A stretch of DNA of 64,000 bases from the NCBI GenBank assembly GCA_013416795.1, contig RQSC01000027.1:848409-912408 (forward strand). Direction: 5' to 3'. The translations under genes were made by a program, and so were the position numbers. The number at the start of each line of letters is the position of its first letter. Position 1 is the first letter of the stretch. Source of the DNA: Prasinococcaceae sp. CCMP 1430 (taxonomy: Eukaryota; Plantae; Prasinodermophyta). Under the pieces are notes generated by a model. It saw only the letters and a program-made list of their open reading frames with translations, had not been told where the DNA came from and did not search any database. This document shows positions 20,784 through 31,303 of the stretch, in pieces.

Positions 20784-21731
20784 TCATGCGGGCCTCTGTT
20801 CCATGAGCCCCCGCAGCTCCTTCTGCTGCCTTTCTCTCAGCGCCTGCACCTCGCCCTCCGCCTGGACGGACAGGGCTCGCCACTCCAGGGCCTGCCTGAA
20901 CTCGAGCGTGTTTCGCTGCGCGAAGTGACCAGCGACGATGCCCTGCATGCCGTCGTGATTCACGATCCAGCCAGGATTCACGTCGGGGCTCTCGCCGATG
21001 GGTGGCCGCGGGGGCGGCGCGGGTTTCGTTGCAACCAGCGGCGAGGGCGCATGCGAGCCCTCAGCGCCGCCCTTCACGGGAGGCGTCAGAAGCAACATGT
21101 GCTCCCACAGCAACGCAATGGCCTCCGCTGCGTCCGCAGCCGTGCGGAAGTGTGCGATGAGGTTGCGCCGACCGGGCGAGCAAAGTGCCTCGGCGCGCAT
21201 CGTGGCAATGTCCCTCACCCAAGGCTCGTCCACGCCGCCGCCGGTGGCGCTGCCGAGCGTCGACGTGCGCCACAGCTCCTCGAGAGACACTTTCAGAAGG
21301 GCCTCCGCCAGCGCAGATGAGCCGTGGCGCACCAGGTGCGCTCGCAGCGCTTGCATCACCACGGCAGCCTCGAGCGCAACGGGCACACCCACCAGGCGCA
21401 CGTGCCCTTGCGCGCCAGAAGCAAGCTGCTGATCGGCGGCATTGTCCTTCGCCCTCGAAGCCTGTCGCGCCGCCTTCTTTTGACTTTGCGCAGCCTGAAG
21501 CGACGGTCGACGCGCCTGCGCGTGGTTCTGTTGCCTTGCGGCATCAGCGACAGATGCTGCTGTCACCTTCTTGAAGATGGCCGACTCTTCGTGCGCGCCT
21601 GATACTCGGGCCCTCTTCTGCGGCGGTGCGGAGCTGCCGCCACCATTGTCCGCTGACTTGGCGAGGCTCAACCCCTCAGCGCCTGCAGTTCCTTCCATGT
21701 CTCTCCTAGCCGCCGCAGCCGCAGGGTCCAT
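20784..21731 (-). CDS. Hypothetical protein (~315 aa)
   Basis: ATG 21731 MDPAAAAARRDMEG..., NLS-like PPQKRAR, globular-looking C-terminal half. Fills the space between flanking genes. No family recognised. Confidence 0.55.
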   Translation of the reverse strand: MDPAAAAARRDMEGTAGAEGLSLAKSADNGGGSSAPPQKRARVSGAHEESAIFKKVTAASVADAARQQNHAQARRPSLQAAQSQKKAARQASRAKDNAADQQLASGAQGHVRLVGVPVALEAAVVMQALRAHLVRHGSSALAEALLKVSLEELWRTSTLGSATGGGVDEPWVRDIATMRAEALCSPGRRNLIAHFRTAADAAEAIALLWEHMLLLTPPVKGGAEGSHAPSPLVATKPAPPPRPPIGESPDVNPGWIVNHDGMQGIVAGHFAQRNTLEFRQALEWRALSVQAEGEVQALRERQQKELRGLMEQRPA

Positions 21732-21910
21732 GCGCGAGTTCTGCGCGTCCTTGCAGGCCGTCATAAGTTTATCAGAAGAGCCTTCCTTGTGCGTTCTATG
21801 ACAACACCCGCACCAAGAACGTCGCCGCCGGTGGTGTCAGCGCTCGGCGTGCGCATTGGCGTGCGGCAGAGGCGTGGCATTCAGTGGCTGCAGTAGGGGC
21901 ATTGCTACCG

Positions 21911-22845
21911 TCATGCCACGTACCTCTCGATGACCGAGTTGAAGACCGACGGGGGCAGATAGTGCGGATTAAAGCCCTTCTTCACCGCGTAGTGGTCCAC
22001 GTTTTTGACCACCTTGACGGCGAGCGGGCACGTCTCATCGACGTAAATGTCGTCCAGCGGGTGGAACACGGCGGGATTGTTGCAGCGCAGGGCAAGGCGG
22101 TAAAAGAACTCGACGTTCGTCAGGTCGTTGATGCTCACCTGGAAATTGCGTTTGTGAACCGCCAGGCAGCACACCTCGACCTTTCGCAAGATGAGCTCCA
22201 CTGCGACCACGCTCTCGGCGGGAGAGTTGGCCTCGTCGCACTTGGACGCGTAGTACAGCTCTTGGCAGCCCTTGGGTAGCGCGCTCATGAGGTTGTCGTA
22301 CACGCGTGTGGCCTCCTGCAGCGCCCGTGGCGCGCGCACGGCACGCCCACGCCTCCACAGCCAGCGCACCACCATGAGCTGCTCCCCCTCCTTGTGCTTG
22401 TTCGTGTCTTTCATGACCTTGAAGATCGACACTACCCGCGCCACCTGGTTGTCCGCCTGCGAGAGAGGGACGATGGAGAGGGGCGTGCGCGCGCGCGATC
22501 GACTGAGTCAGGGGCGCTGCGCCGCCCCGCGCGTCACCGCGCTCGAGCGGCAGTGTACCTGCCCGCTTTGTCCCTCTCTCTCTGTCGCTCGCTCGCGCAT
22601 GCGCTGCGCTCAGGCGCACGCCGGCGCATCAAGTGGCGCACCTTGTCTTCGTCGTCCGCGCCCGCCTGGTACGTGCGCGTGCGTAACAGCACGAAGTCAC
22701 CCACCTGGACCTTCCGGATCTCATAGCGCTTGCCCTCCTCGGCGGCCTTCGTCTGGACCCGCAAGACGATGCGGCTGAAGTAGCGACGCGCCTTGAGCGC
22801 CGGCGGCACCTCGTCCTCGAGCGTATACTCGACCACCTTCACCAT
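21911..22845 (-). CDS. Stand-alone BAH-domain protein, 2 exons: 22845-22642, 22456-21911
   Basis: VQVGDFVLLRT...DK|ADNQVARVVSIFK...MVVRWLWR...ELYYASKCDEANSPAESV...RKVEV...FFYR fits the BAH pattern; phase-0 GT-AG intron 22641-22457. Confidence 0.7.
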
Positions 22846-22874
22846 CGCCGACGAGCGCGCGCGCGCACGCACGG

Positions 22875-22902
22875 GCGGACCGCGGACCGCGGACCGCGGA
22901 CC
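22875..22902. repeat. (GCGGACC)x4 tandem repeat inside a 75-bp divergent spacer
   Basis: Read directly between ATG 22845 (-) and ATG 22921 (+). Confidence 0.9.
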
Positions 22903-22920
22903 GCGCCTGCGCACACGGTG

Positions 22921-25425
22921 ATGGGCGCCGACGCAGACGCCTCAGCCCCACAGGAAACTGTGGGGGGCGACGAGGTCGAGGGGGATGCCACAGAAGTCGA
23001 GGTAGTTCCGATCCCAGTTGAGGACGAGCTTGCCCAGCTCAAGGAGGCGCTTGCCGCTCTCGCCGCCAAGCGTGCCGAGCACAACGCTGCGCATGCAGCG
23101 GCCGCGGAGGCCTCGGGGGATGCCGCGTCAGCCGAAGACACAGAGGCAGCCACCGCAGAGGAGCTGCCACCGCTGGATGACTCGGCTGAGATTGATGTTG
23201 TCTCATCAGCTGCCGCGGCGCTGTGCGCCGTGCTCGTGCCAGCAGCCACGGAGTCCCCTGCATCTGTTGCAGCAGCATTGCTCTCTAGCGGCGGGGAGTG
23301 CCGGGCGGCGCTCGGTGCGGCGCTTGGCGCGGCTGCGCCCGAGGCCGCCACAGGCGGTGCCCCGCTCTTCTTCACGCCAGGCGCTGTGTTGGACGCTCTT
23401 GTCGACGGTCCGCCCCCTATCGTCGATGGTGCCGAAGATATCACCACCGAAGCCCTCGAGAGCGCGTCGGCGGACGACCCGGCCCCGCACGATACTGCTG
23501 GTAGCGGTGGCACCGATGACAATGTCGCTGACAGCGTTGATAGTAGTGGTGAGGCAGGCACAGCGGAGAATGACGTGAAAGAGGAGGATGTGCCCGCGCC
23601 TGTGATGGATCCGGTGGAGCCAGTGAACGGTCTCGTCGCAGTGCTTGCGAGCAAGACAGTGCCGCTGCCGGCGCGTTTCGCGGCTCTTCGCGCGCTCACG
23701 TCGGCGTGCACGCTGCGCGTGGCGGCTGCGACAGCCGCGGCGGCCGACACACGGATGCCTGGCGCATTGCTGGAGGGACTGGCGCACCCAGCGGGTCCCA
23801 TGGCGGCTAAGGCGTCGCGGCTTGCCCAAATGCTGGCAGCTAACGCGCACTTTGCTAGGGCCATGATGCGCGTCGAAGCGCCCGTCGCCGAGGGCGGCGG
23901 TGGCAATACTGACCCTGACGACACCGACGGCGGCGACGGCGCAGGCGAAGGCGCGGAAGATGCCGCAAGCGAGGGTGAGGGCGAGGTGGAGGGCGCGTCA
24001 GCTCCTGACGTGGTGGCGTTCGATGGCGGCGTAGCCGCAGCTGCGCAGTCTTGTGCAATCGTGAGCGCGCTCGAGGCATGTGTGAGAGGAGGGGACGCAG
24101 GCGTTGGCGGGAAGAACGATGAGGGTGAGAATAGAAAGGATGGACACGCCACCGACGGAGGCGCTGCAACGGGAGCGCACCTGTTGCATACTGCCCGGGT
24201 GCTCCAAGCGGCATGCTCAGCGGGAGCAGCACCAGCGACGCCTGCCGCGCGCGTCGCGGTGCGCGCGCTGTGCGGTGCGCTGGGCGCTGAGCGTGCGGAT
24301 GTGTCGCCCGCTGCGCAGGTCGCATGCGCCGATGCACTGCGTGCTTTGGTGCAGGCATCGCCCAATCTCGTGGGCGATGTCCTGCGCGCCGATGTGGGCG
24401 CGCCCGCAGTGCCTGCTGAGTCGGCCGGTGTGCTCGCGCTTTGCCGCGAGTCGCTCGAATACGAATGGATTGAATACTCGCCGCCGCCCCCGCCGAAGAA
24501 GAAGACCTTCGGACTGTTGTCGGCGGTGGTGGCACAGAAGCTACCCGAAGCGCCAGCGGACGCAGCAAAGGTGCGAGATGGGGCATGCGGCCAGCCTGAG
24601 GTGCAGGTGGCGTTGCTGCTGCTTTGTGGCACACTGCTAGCTGTTGGAGGTTCGGAGGTAGACGACGCCTTCGAGGTGATGGCCCAGCGACAGGCGCCCA
24701 GGTTTGCCGAAGTCCTAGAGCTTGCGCTTACTGAGCATGAGGTGGATATCCCCGACGATGCGGACGAGGACGATCACACTGACGCGATAAGTGGCGACGA
24801 CATCGTCGGTGGCAGTGGCAATGGTGAGGGCGGGGGCGCGGACGGCCCCAGCGCTGAGAACGAGGGGGAGCCCCGCGAGGCGCAGGGAATCGAAGACGAT
24901 GACAGCAGCGATGATGAGCCGCCGCCGCCGCCACCGCCGCCACCGCGCCAGAAGGTTTCCGCTCCGCCCGCGGTGCGTCTCGCGGCGCTCGAGGCCTTGG
25001 CTGCCGGCTGCATGCACCCGAGCGTGCGAGCTCAGCTGCATGAGCGTGCCGACACCGCGTTGGCCGCAGCGGCCGCCACTGGCGCACTGCCTGGTGGTCC
25101 GCTGGTGAGCGAGCACCTGGCGATTCTCGCCCAGGCCATCGGTGGCGGTGCGAGCGTGCTCGCGGATCTCGCGAGGGACGATCGCAAGGATGGGCCGTCC
25201 GCGCTGTCAGGCGCGGCGCGCGGTGCGCTACACGCAGCGTTGCTCATGCTACCCGAGGGCGACGCACTTGCGCCTCCACGACCGCCGCCGCGATCGCCCT
25301 CGCCGCCGCCAGCTCCCCCCCCGGTGCGCTTCTCGCGTTCGCTCGCTCGCATGCGCCGCGCAGCACTGCGGCGGTCTGCAGACGCAGTTGCAGCATCGCC
25401 CGAGGCCGAGCCTGCGGCGGCTTAG
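22921..25425 (+). CDS. Hypothetical acidic, Ala/Leu-rich helical-repeat (ARM/HEAT-like) protein, ~834 aa
   Basis: Single long ORF from ATG 22921. Amphipathic helical blocks (VNGLVAVLASK..ARFAALRALTSAC; AQVACADALRALVQ; VRLAALEALAAGC) interrupted by acidic and Pro-rich linkers. Confidence 0.7.
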   Translation: MGADADASAPQETVGGDEVEGDATEVEVVPIPVEDELAQLKEALAALAAKRAEHNAAHAAAAEASGDAASAEDTEAATAEELPPLDDSAEIDVVSSAAAALCAVLVPAATESPASVAAALLSSGGECRAALGAALGAAAPEAATGGAPLFFTPGAVLDALVDGPPPIVDGAEDITTEALESASADDPAPHDTAGSGGTDDNVADSVDSSGEAGTAENDVKEEDVPAPVMDPVEPVNGLVAVLASKTVPLPARFAALRALTSACTLRVAAATAAAADTRMPGALLEGLAHPAGPMAAKASRLAQMLAANAHFARAMMRVEAPVAEGGGGNTDPDDTDGGDGAGEGAEDAASEGEGEVEGASAPDVVAFDGGVAAAAQSCAIVSALEACVRGGDAGVGGKNDEGENRKDGHATDGGAATGAHLLHTARVLQAACSAGAAPATPAARVAVRALCGALGAERADVSPAAQVACADALRALVQASPNLVGDVLRADVGAPAVPAESAGVLALCRESLEYEWIEYSPPPPPKKKTFGLLSAVVAQKLPEAPADAAKVRDGACGQPEVQVALLLLCGTLLAVGGSEVDDAFEVMAQRQAPRFAEVLELALTEHEVDIPDDADEDDHTDAISGDDIVGGSGNGEGGGADGPSAENEGEPREAQGIEDDDSSDDEPPPPPPPPPRQKVSAPPAVRLAALEALAAGCMHPSVRAQLHERADTALAAAAATGALPGGPLVSEHLAILAQAIGGGASVLADLARDDRKDGPSALSGAARGALHAALLMLPEGDALAPPRPPPRSPSPPPAPPPVRFSRSLARMRRAALRRSADAVAASPEAEPAAA

Positions 25426-25554
25426 TGGCGCGCTCTGCGTACACGCGCCAGAAACTCGTAAGTACCCAAACAGGTATGCTTCCACCGTCCCTCACATTAT
25501 TACAGGCAGACGCCGTGCACCTAGGGGGGCGATCGGCGCACGATCGCACCTGAC

Positions 25555-27601
25555 TCATTGACGACCGGCGGCCGTGCCAGCTTTGGCCACGGCGTCCTCG
25601 TCCATTGGCGCGGCGCGGTCCTCCCCGATCTTTCCGACGAGCTCCATCGGGTCGCCACCGTTGTCAGTACCGTCCCACAGCTTTGGACGCTCCCTCCGCT
25701 CCCCATCTCCGCTGCCGCCGTCGGCGCCCCCGACCGGTTGGGTGGCAGGCTCGACCTGCACGCCATCGGACGGTGCCACGGCGAACTGCGCCCCGGTTGG
25801 TGGCTTCAGGCGGCTCAGCTGGTCGAGAATTTTCGTAAGGATCTTCTGGCAGTACTCGGGCGTATTCTGATTGGCGCCGTTGTGCGGCGTAAGGTGCAAT
25901 TTGTAGTCCGGCCCGAAGTACTCGTAGTAGTCTGACGCAGGCAGATCGTTGGCGATATCGACGCCGAGCACAGTAGCGGTCTCGTAGGTCCAGCAGCGAG
26001 CGACATTGCGTATGGTGTACCCCCCTCCACCCAGTAGCAGCAGCGGCACGCCGAACGACTTCATGAATGACACGCACTCTGCGTGACCCTTGAGAGACAG
26101 ATTGAAGGAGCCCAGTCGGTCTCCCGTCAGCGAGTCCGCGCCGCACTGCAGGACCACCGCACCGGGCTGGTACCGCTCCATCACTTCGGTCATGATTGGC
26201 TTGAAGAGATTCTGGTACGAGGAGTCATCCACACCGTCGCGCAGCGGCACGTTGACGCTGTAGTACTTGCCCTTGTTGTGCCCCACGTCCGCCACATCGC
26301 CCGTGCCTGGGAAGAAGTCACCGTACTTGTGAAAGCTGACCGTCATGACTCGGTCGGTCGTGTAGAAGGCCTCCTCGACGCCATCGCCGTGATGGATGTC
26401 AATGTCGATGTACAGGACACGATGGTGGTACTTGAGCAGCTCAAGGATCCCTAGCACGATGTCATTGATATAGCTGAGCAGTGCGATCGCGCGCGCGCGA
26501 AGGTGGGGGGGCAGATCGCACGGTCGTCAGGAGGGAATCCGCGGAGCGTCATGCGCCACCGGCAAGCGCCCGCGCTGAGATCGTACCAAAAGCCGCTCGC
26601 CTCAGACTTCTTTGCATGATGCAGGCCGCCCATCCAGTTGATGGCCACGTCGGCTAGCCCGTGATTGAGCCTCGCGGCGCCTCCCATCGATGCGCCCGTG
26701 TACCTGCGGCAGAACTCAAACAGCCCATCGAACACGGGGCAATCTTCGCCGACATTGAAGCGCTTCAGCGTCTTCAGGCTCTCGTGCTGCGTTTCGGGCG
26801 TGACCGATGACAGGAAGTTGACATAGTCCGACGAGTGGAACCTGGTCATATCCTCGGGGTCCGCCAGGCGCGGGCGATACACCTCCATGTGCCGATACAG
26901 CCCGTAGTGGAGCAGTAGGTTGTGCGTCATTCGCACGCGGTGCGGCTTCATGGGGTGGCCTGTCGGCAGCAACAGGGTATGGGAACGCACCCGACCAGCG
27001 CGTCAGCAAAAGCGCATCCGCAAACGAACTATTCGCAGCACCCGGGCAGCGTGTCGCCGCCGGCCAAGAACACACGGGCACACGCTGCGGCCGGCACGAG
27101 CGCCCCCCTTGCGGCAGCGGCGGCTCACCCTGCCCATAGTAGTAGTTTCCGACGTCTGCATCGTAGAAGTACGAACTGTATGCCAGCGCGCGCGATCGTG
27201 AGCAGCGACGTGATGTCAGCACGCGAGAGCGCCGCCCTCGAAGGCTCCCACTGCGGCACGCAGCGCCGCGCTTGAACGGAGCTGCGTAGGGCGCACAGCG
27301 AGTCACGTCGCTCGGCAGAGTGCAGGCAGCGCCTTCGGCGGGGCCCATCTTCTGTCCTTCCCTCCACCCACCCATCCGTGCACCCACCCGTGGGTCCGCG
27401 CGCCAGCGCAGCGCGCAGCTCTACCAGCCCGCGCCTTGCTGGCTGCGAGCTGTGCTTAGGGTGGAGGCGAGCATGACATGGGAGCGCCGCGCCGCCGCCG
27501 CCCGGTCGGGCGCCCCGCCCCCCACCCGAACCCCCCGAACCCCACGGCCGCGCCCATTCTCGCGCCCTCCCGCGCGCGTCGTACACTTTTTCCTTGGGCA
27601 T
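25555..27601 (-). CDS. HDAC1: Class I histone deacetylase (RPD3/HDAC1/HDA19-like), 4 exons: 27601-27585, 27175-27129, 26959-26587, 26473-25555 (451 aa)
   Basis: Spliced product [37 protein letters not shown]...[21 protein letters not shown]...[17 protein letters not shown]...[13 protein letters not shown]...[14 protein letters not shown]. All three introns are GT-AG and keep the frame. Confidence 0.97.
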
Positions 27602-27778
27602 GGCGGCGCAGCTAGCGGCGGCGCGGCCACGGTCGCCGCGCCCGGCGCGCACACTCTGCCACCGCTTCGCCGCGGCGCCCACACGCTGGCATCGGACCCA
27701 TCCGCCAGTCCGCCAGCACGAAAATTGCATGAGAACGTCCGCGCAGACGTCTGCTCCGCTGCAGTCACACGACGCGCG

Positions 27779-28881
27779 ATGGACGTGGGGCCCGCACGCC
27801 GCGTGGCGACGGCCGCGAGCGACGGCCTCGCGGCCGCTGTCCTGGGGCGCTTCCGCGGCCTGCGCGAGGCCCTCGCGGGCGCTGACGGCTACGCAGTGGT
27901 GGACAGCGCGTGCGGGGCGCCGGCTTGGCTCGCAGCGCTCCGGGAGGCTGCCGAGGCGCTCCCGAGCTCGCTGCTGCGGAAGAACAGCACGCTCGTGCTG
28001 CGGCCAGGTAGCGACACGCCGGACGTCTTCGCAAAGAGAGGCATCGACGAGGCAGAGGTATCACTTGACGCCGAGGTGCAAGCCGCTTCGCCCGTTCTTG
28101 CGGCGCTTGCCACCGACACGACCACCGCCACGGCACTTGCCGCTGCACTGCCAGCGGAGCGCTTCGCAGGCGGCGCGCAGGCGATTAAGCTCCAAGTGTC
28201 TCGAGGAGGGGGGGCATGCTTCCCGCTTCACCACGACGCAGCAGACGACGGGAGAGAGCTTACAGTCATCCACTACGTCTCTGAGCGCTGGGAGCAGGGA
28301 TGGGGAGGAGAACTGAAGTTGTTCCCCCTTGGCAAGCCTGCCGTGCTTGTTCCACCGAAGCCTGATCGCCTCGTGGTGTTCCGTTCAAACTCGATGCTGC
28401 ACCGCGTACTGCCATACAGCGCAGACGGCGACGTTCCGAGAGTTTGCTACAGCAACTGTGCGTGTGTGCGCGCCTGCACGCGCGCGTGCCTTTGCGTGTG
28501 TGTGTCTGACAGGCGCATGCGTATGTGCGCGCGCCAGGGCTTCACCTGCCACCACGAGAGCGTTTGCGCCAGGCCAGTGGTGCGAAAGGCGCCGGCCGGC
28601 CGCACGGCATCGGGGAGATGCTGGGCTCGGCGCCCTTCCGCAGGCACCTATCAAGAGTGCTCTTCGCCGGCGAGTGGGAGCGCTCGCTGCTCGAAGCGCA
28701 TGGGCATCGTGAGGGCACTGAGCTAGTGCGGAATCACGTCGAGCAGGTGAGCATCATCCGCCGCGCCGCCCGCCTGGATGAGTTGGAGGGTGAGGACGCT
28801 CTTCTCATGGGCGAGCTGGAAGCAGCGGCGGCCCTCGAGCCCGTCGAAGCTGTGCCGCTGGCGCTCGACGCCCTCCGATAG
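27779..28881 (+). CDS. 2OG-Fe(II) dioxygenase (prolyl-hydroxylase/EGLN-like fold), 2 exons: 27779-28457, 28538-28881
   Basis: HxD motif CFPLHHDAADDGRELTVIHYV, WGGELKLFP, PKPDRLVVFRSNSMLHRVLP, R-x5-W after splicing (RVCYSNW); intron 28458-28537. Confidence 0.85.
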
Positions 28882-28917
28882 AGACACTTTAATTAATTAT
28901 AGGACTAGGGTGATAGC

Positions 28918-30200
28918 TCATGCCACGAAGAGCTCCTTCGGAATCGTGGCGATGGACCACGCCGCGGTCAGGTGCCATAGCTGCGCGGTAGTGAGCAGGC
29001 GTTCAGTCGCGCGTGGGATACACCCGGGGTCAGCTACTGCGCAGAACGTTGGCGAGCGCGCGATGGCGCGAGCTGATGGGTGCGCTCGACAACGCGTGGC
29101 ACCTCTTGCCCGCTGCGCCCCGCGCGGGCCTGCGGCGCACACGCTGGCTCGCACGCGTGCCCGTCAACACTTACCGGATGCATAATCCAGTGACCCCAGC
29201 TGGCGTCCTCCCCCAGCCAGCACGCGACGCTGAAGACGCTGGACAACACGTGCGAGATGTGCTTTCGCCTGATCGCGTCATCTTTGATGGCGGCCTGTGC
29301 GAATTCGTGCTCGATGACGGCGGTCTGTGCCGCGGTGACAGGCAACGGGAACGCCGGCGCCAGCGCCAGCGCGACCGCGCGAACGGCCCCGGGCAGCTGG
29401 GGCCGCACGCATGCGGACAGGTGCGTCGTGTTGACGGCAATGGACACGAAGTCCAGCCGGCGTGTGTGTGGCCGCACATGTCCCGAAGACGAGTGAAAAA
29501 GCATCGACGCGCAGCCAACCGCAAAGATGCCGTTGGCGAAGCGCCGCCGCTTGGCCGTGTCCCGCGGGAAGTGCTTGATCCCAAGCCACAGGAACGGGAG
29601 GCTCGTGATGACGTTTAGCACGTTCTCGAATGGCGGCTCGTGCGTCTTCGCAGGTCCGGGAAACGGTGGCGGCAGGGCGTCATACACGGCCTTGGCAGCG
29701 TACGCACCCGTGACGAGCGCCTCTCGGCCAAAGACAGCCGCGCGCACGCTCAGTCGCAACGGCACAAGCCCCAAGTTGAGCGCCCCGGCCTCGCCATCGG
29801 CCGTGCCGACGGCGTCGATCTGGTCCTCGGTCGCAACAGCCTCATCTACCAGCACGTCTCGCTCCTGTTCCTCACCCTGCTCCTGCTCGGCCAAGAGTGG
29901 AAGCGGCGGGGGTGGGGGGGGAGGAGGAGGGGGCGACACTCCCTCCGTTTCCTCACCACCCGACACGCAGCCAATATCGTCGCCTTCACTCGCGCCGTCT
30001 GCGATGGGGTGGCTGTTCAGCGGGCGACCAGTCGCGCCGTCGTCGAGCTCGGTAAACACGTTGTGCTTGTCGAGCGCATCGAGCCCGGGAGCGGCCTTGT
30101 CGAGCACAGGCGGCAACGCGGCGGTCGACGCGCACGCAAGGGTAGCAAAGCGGCGCCTGCGCGTGCGCGGCGCGCGGCGCGACGCAGCGACGCCGTCCCC
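28918..30200 (-). CDS. CREST-superfamily (alkaline-ceramidase-like) multi-pass membrane protein, plant-type; last exon 28980-28918; 5' end unresolved
   Basis: ENVLNVITSLPFLWLG, SMLFHSSSG..RRLDFVSIA, and after the GTAAGT intron 29174-28981 HP|LWHLTAAW, giving the SxxxH ... D ... HxxWH residues typical of CREST proteins. Confidence 0.72.
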
Positions 30201-31303
30201 TGCGACCGGCAACGGCGCGCCGCGGCGGTCCCTCCCCTCCCCTGCCTCCGCGGCCGCTCCGCTGGCGGGGTCCCCGCGCGCGCGCTCGGCCCGGGCGGAG
30301 CCCGCGGACCCCAGAGTTTGATAGAGCTTTTTGGCGAGGCGTCGAGGCGTTGCGCTGCGGGGCGCGCGCGCGGGGGGCCCTCGCGCGCCCTGGGACCCGC
30401 CCGTTCCCGCCTCGCGGATTCCGTGCACTCTTTCGTGATGTATGTACAAACGGGAGACTCACATCTATCCGTGTCAAAGCGCATGCAACTTGCCGATCCG
30501 ATTCGCGGCCGAAGCGCGGCGGCGGCGGAGGCAGGTGGCAGGTGCAGCCGGCCGGCGATGGGCCGATGGCGCGAGGCGGGGGGAACGTCCCCGTTTCGCC
30601 GGCATACATCATTCTTTTTTGTAGTAGATGAACCCACGGGAGACTAAAAAAAGGGTGTCGACTTCGACGACAGGGGGCGCCAGCTGCGGGCGCGCTGCAG
30701 GCGGTGGGGAGTGTTGGAGGGGGGAGAGCAGGGGACGGAGGTGCCGGGCGGCACAGCGCGCGCGGCAGGCGCCGGGAACCGCGGGCGAGGGGGAGCGGCG
30801 CCGCACGGGCGGGGATCGGCGAGCCCTGCGCGAGGTGCACGCTCCGCCTCATATACGCGCCAGGCACACACATATGCGATGACGGCGCTCGCCATGCGGA
30901 GGCGCGCACGGGGCGCCGCCGACTGCGGCGCAGATAGAAGCACAGCTTGAGGAGGCCGCACTCCCACCTGAGGACATAGCCGAGGCGTTCCAGCGCGCAG
31001 CGCGGGCTCGCGCAGCCGCAGGAGGTGGCTGCGGCGGCGAGTGCAAGGGCCATGAGCACCCGCGAGGCGCGGTGCCACCGCAGCAGCCGCATGGCGAGCC
31101 ACGCGGTCGTTAGAGTAGCTCTAGTAGACGTGGACTATCATAGTAGTAGCTAGACGTAGAGCGATGACGAGCGTGCCATGCGGGCCAGGTGTTGTGGTCT
31201 CTGCGGTCACAGTGTCACGTACAGTATTTACAACAAGTGCGCCCAGGTCCGCGCGTGCGAGCGCAGGGGTACGAAGCGGAGCGCAAGGGCGAGCACACAC
31301 GAA

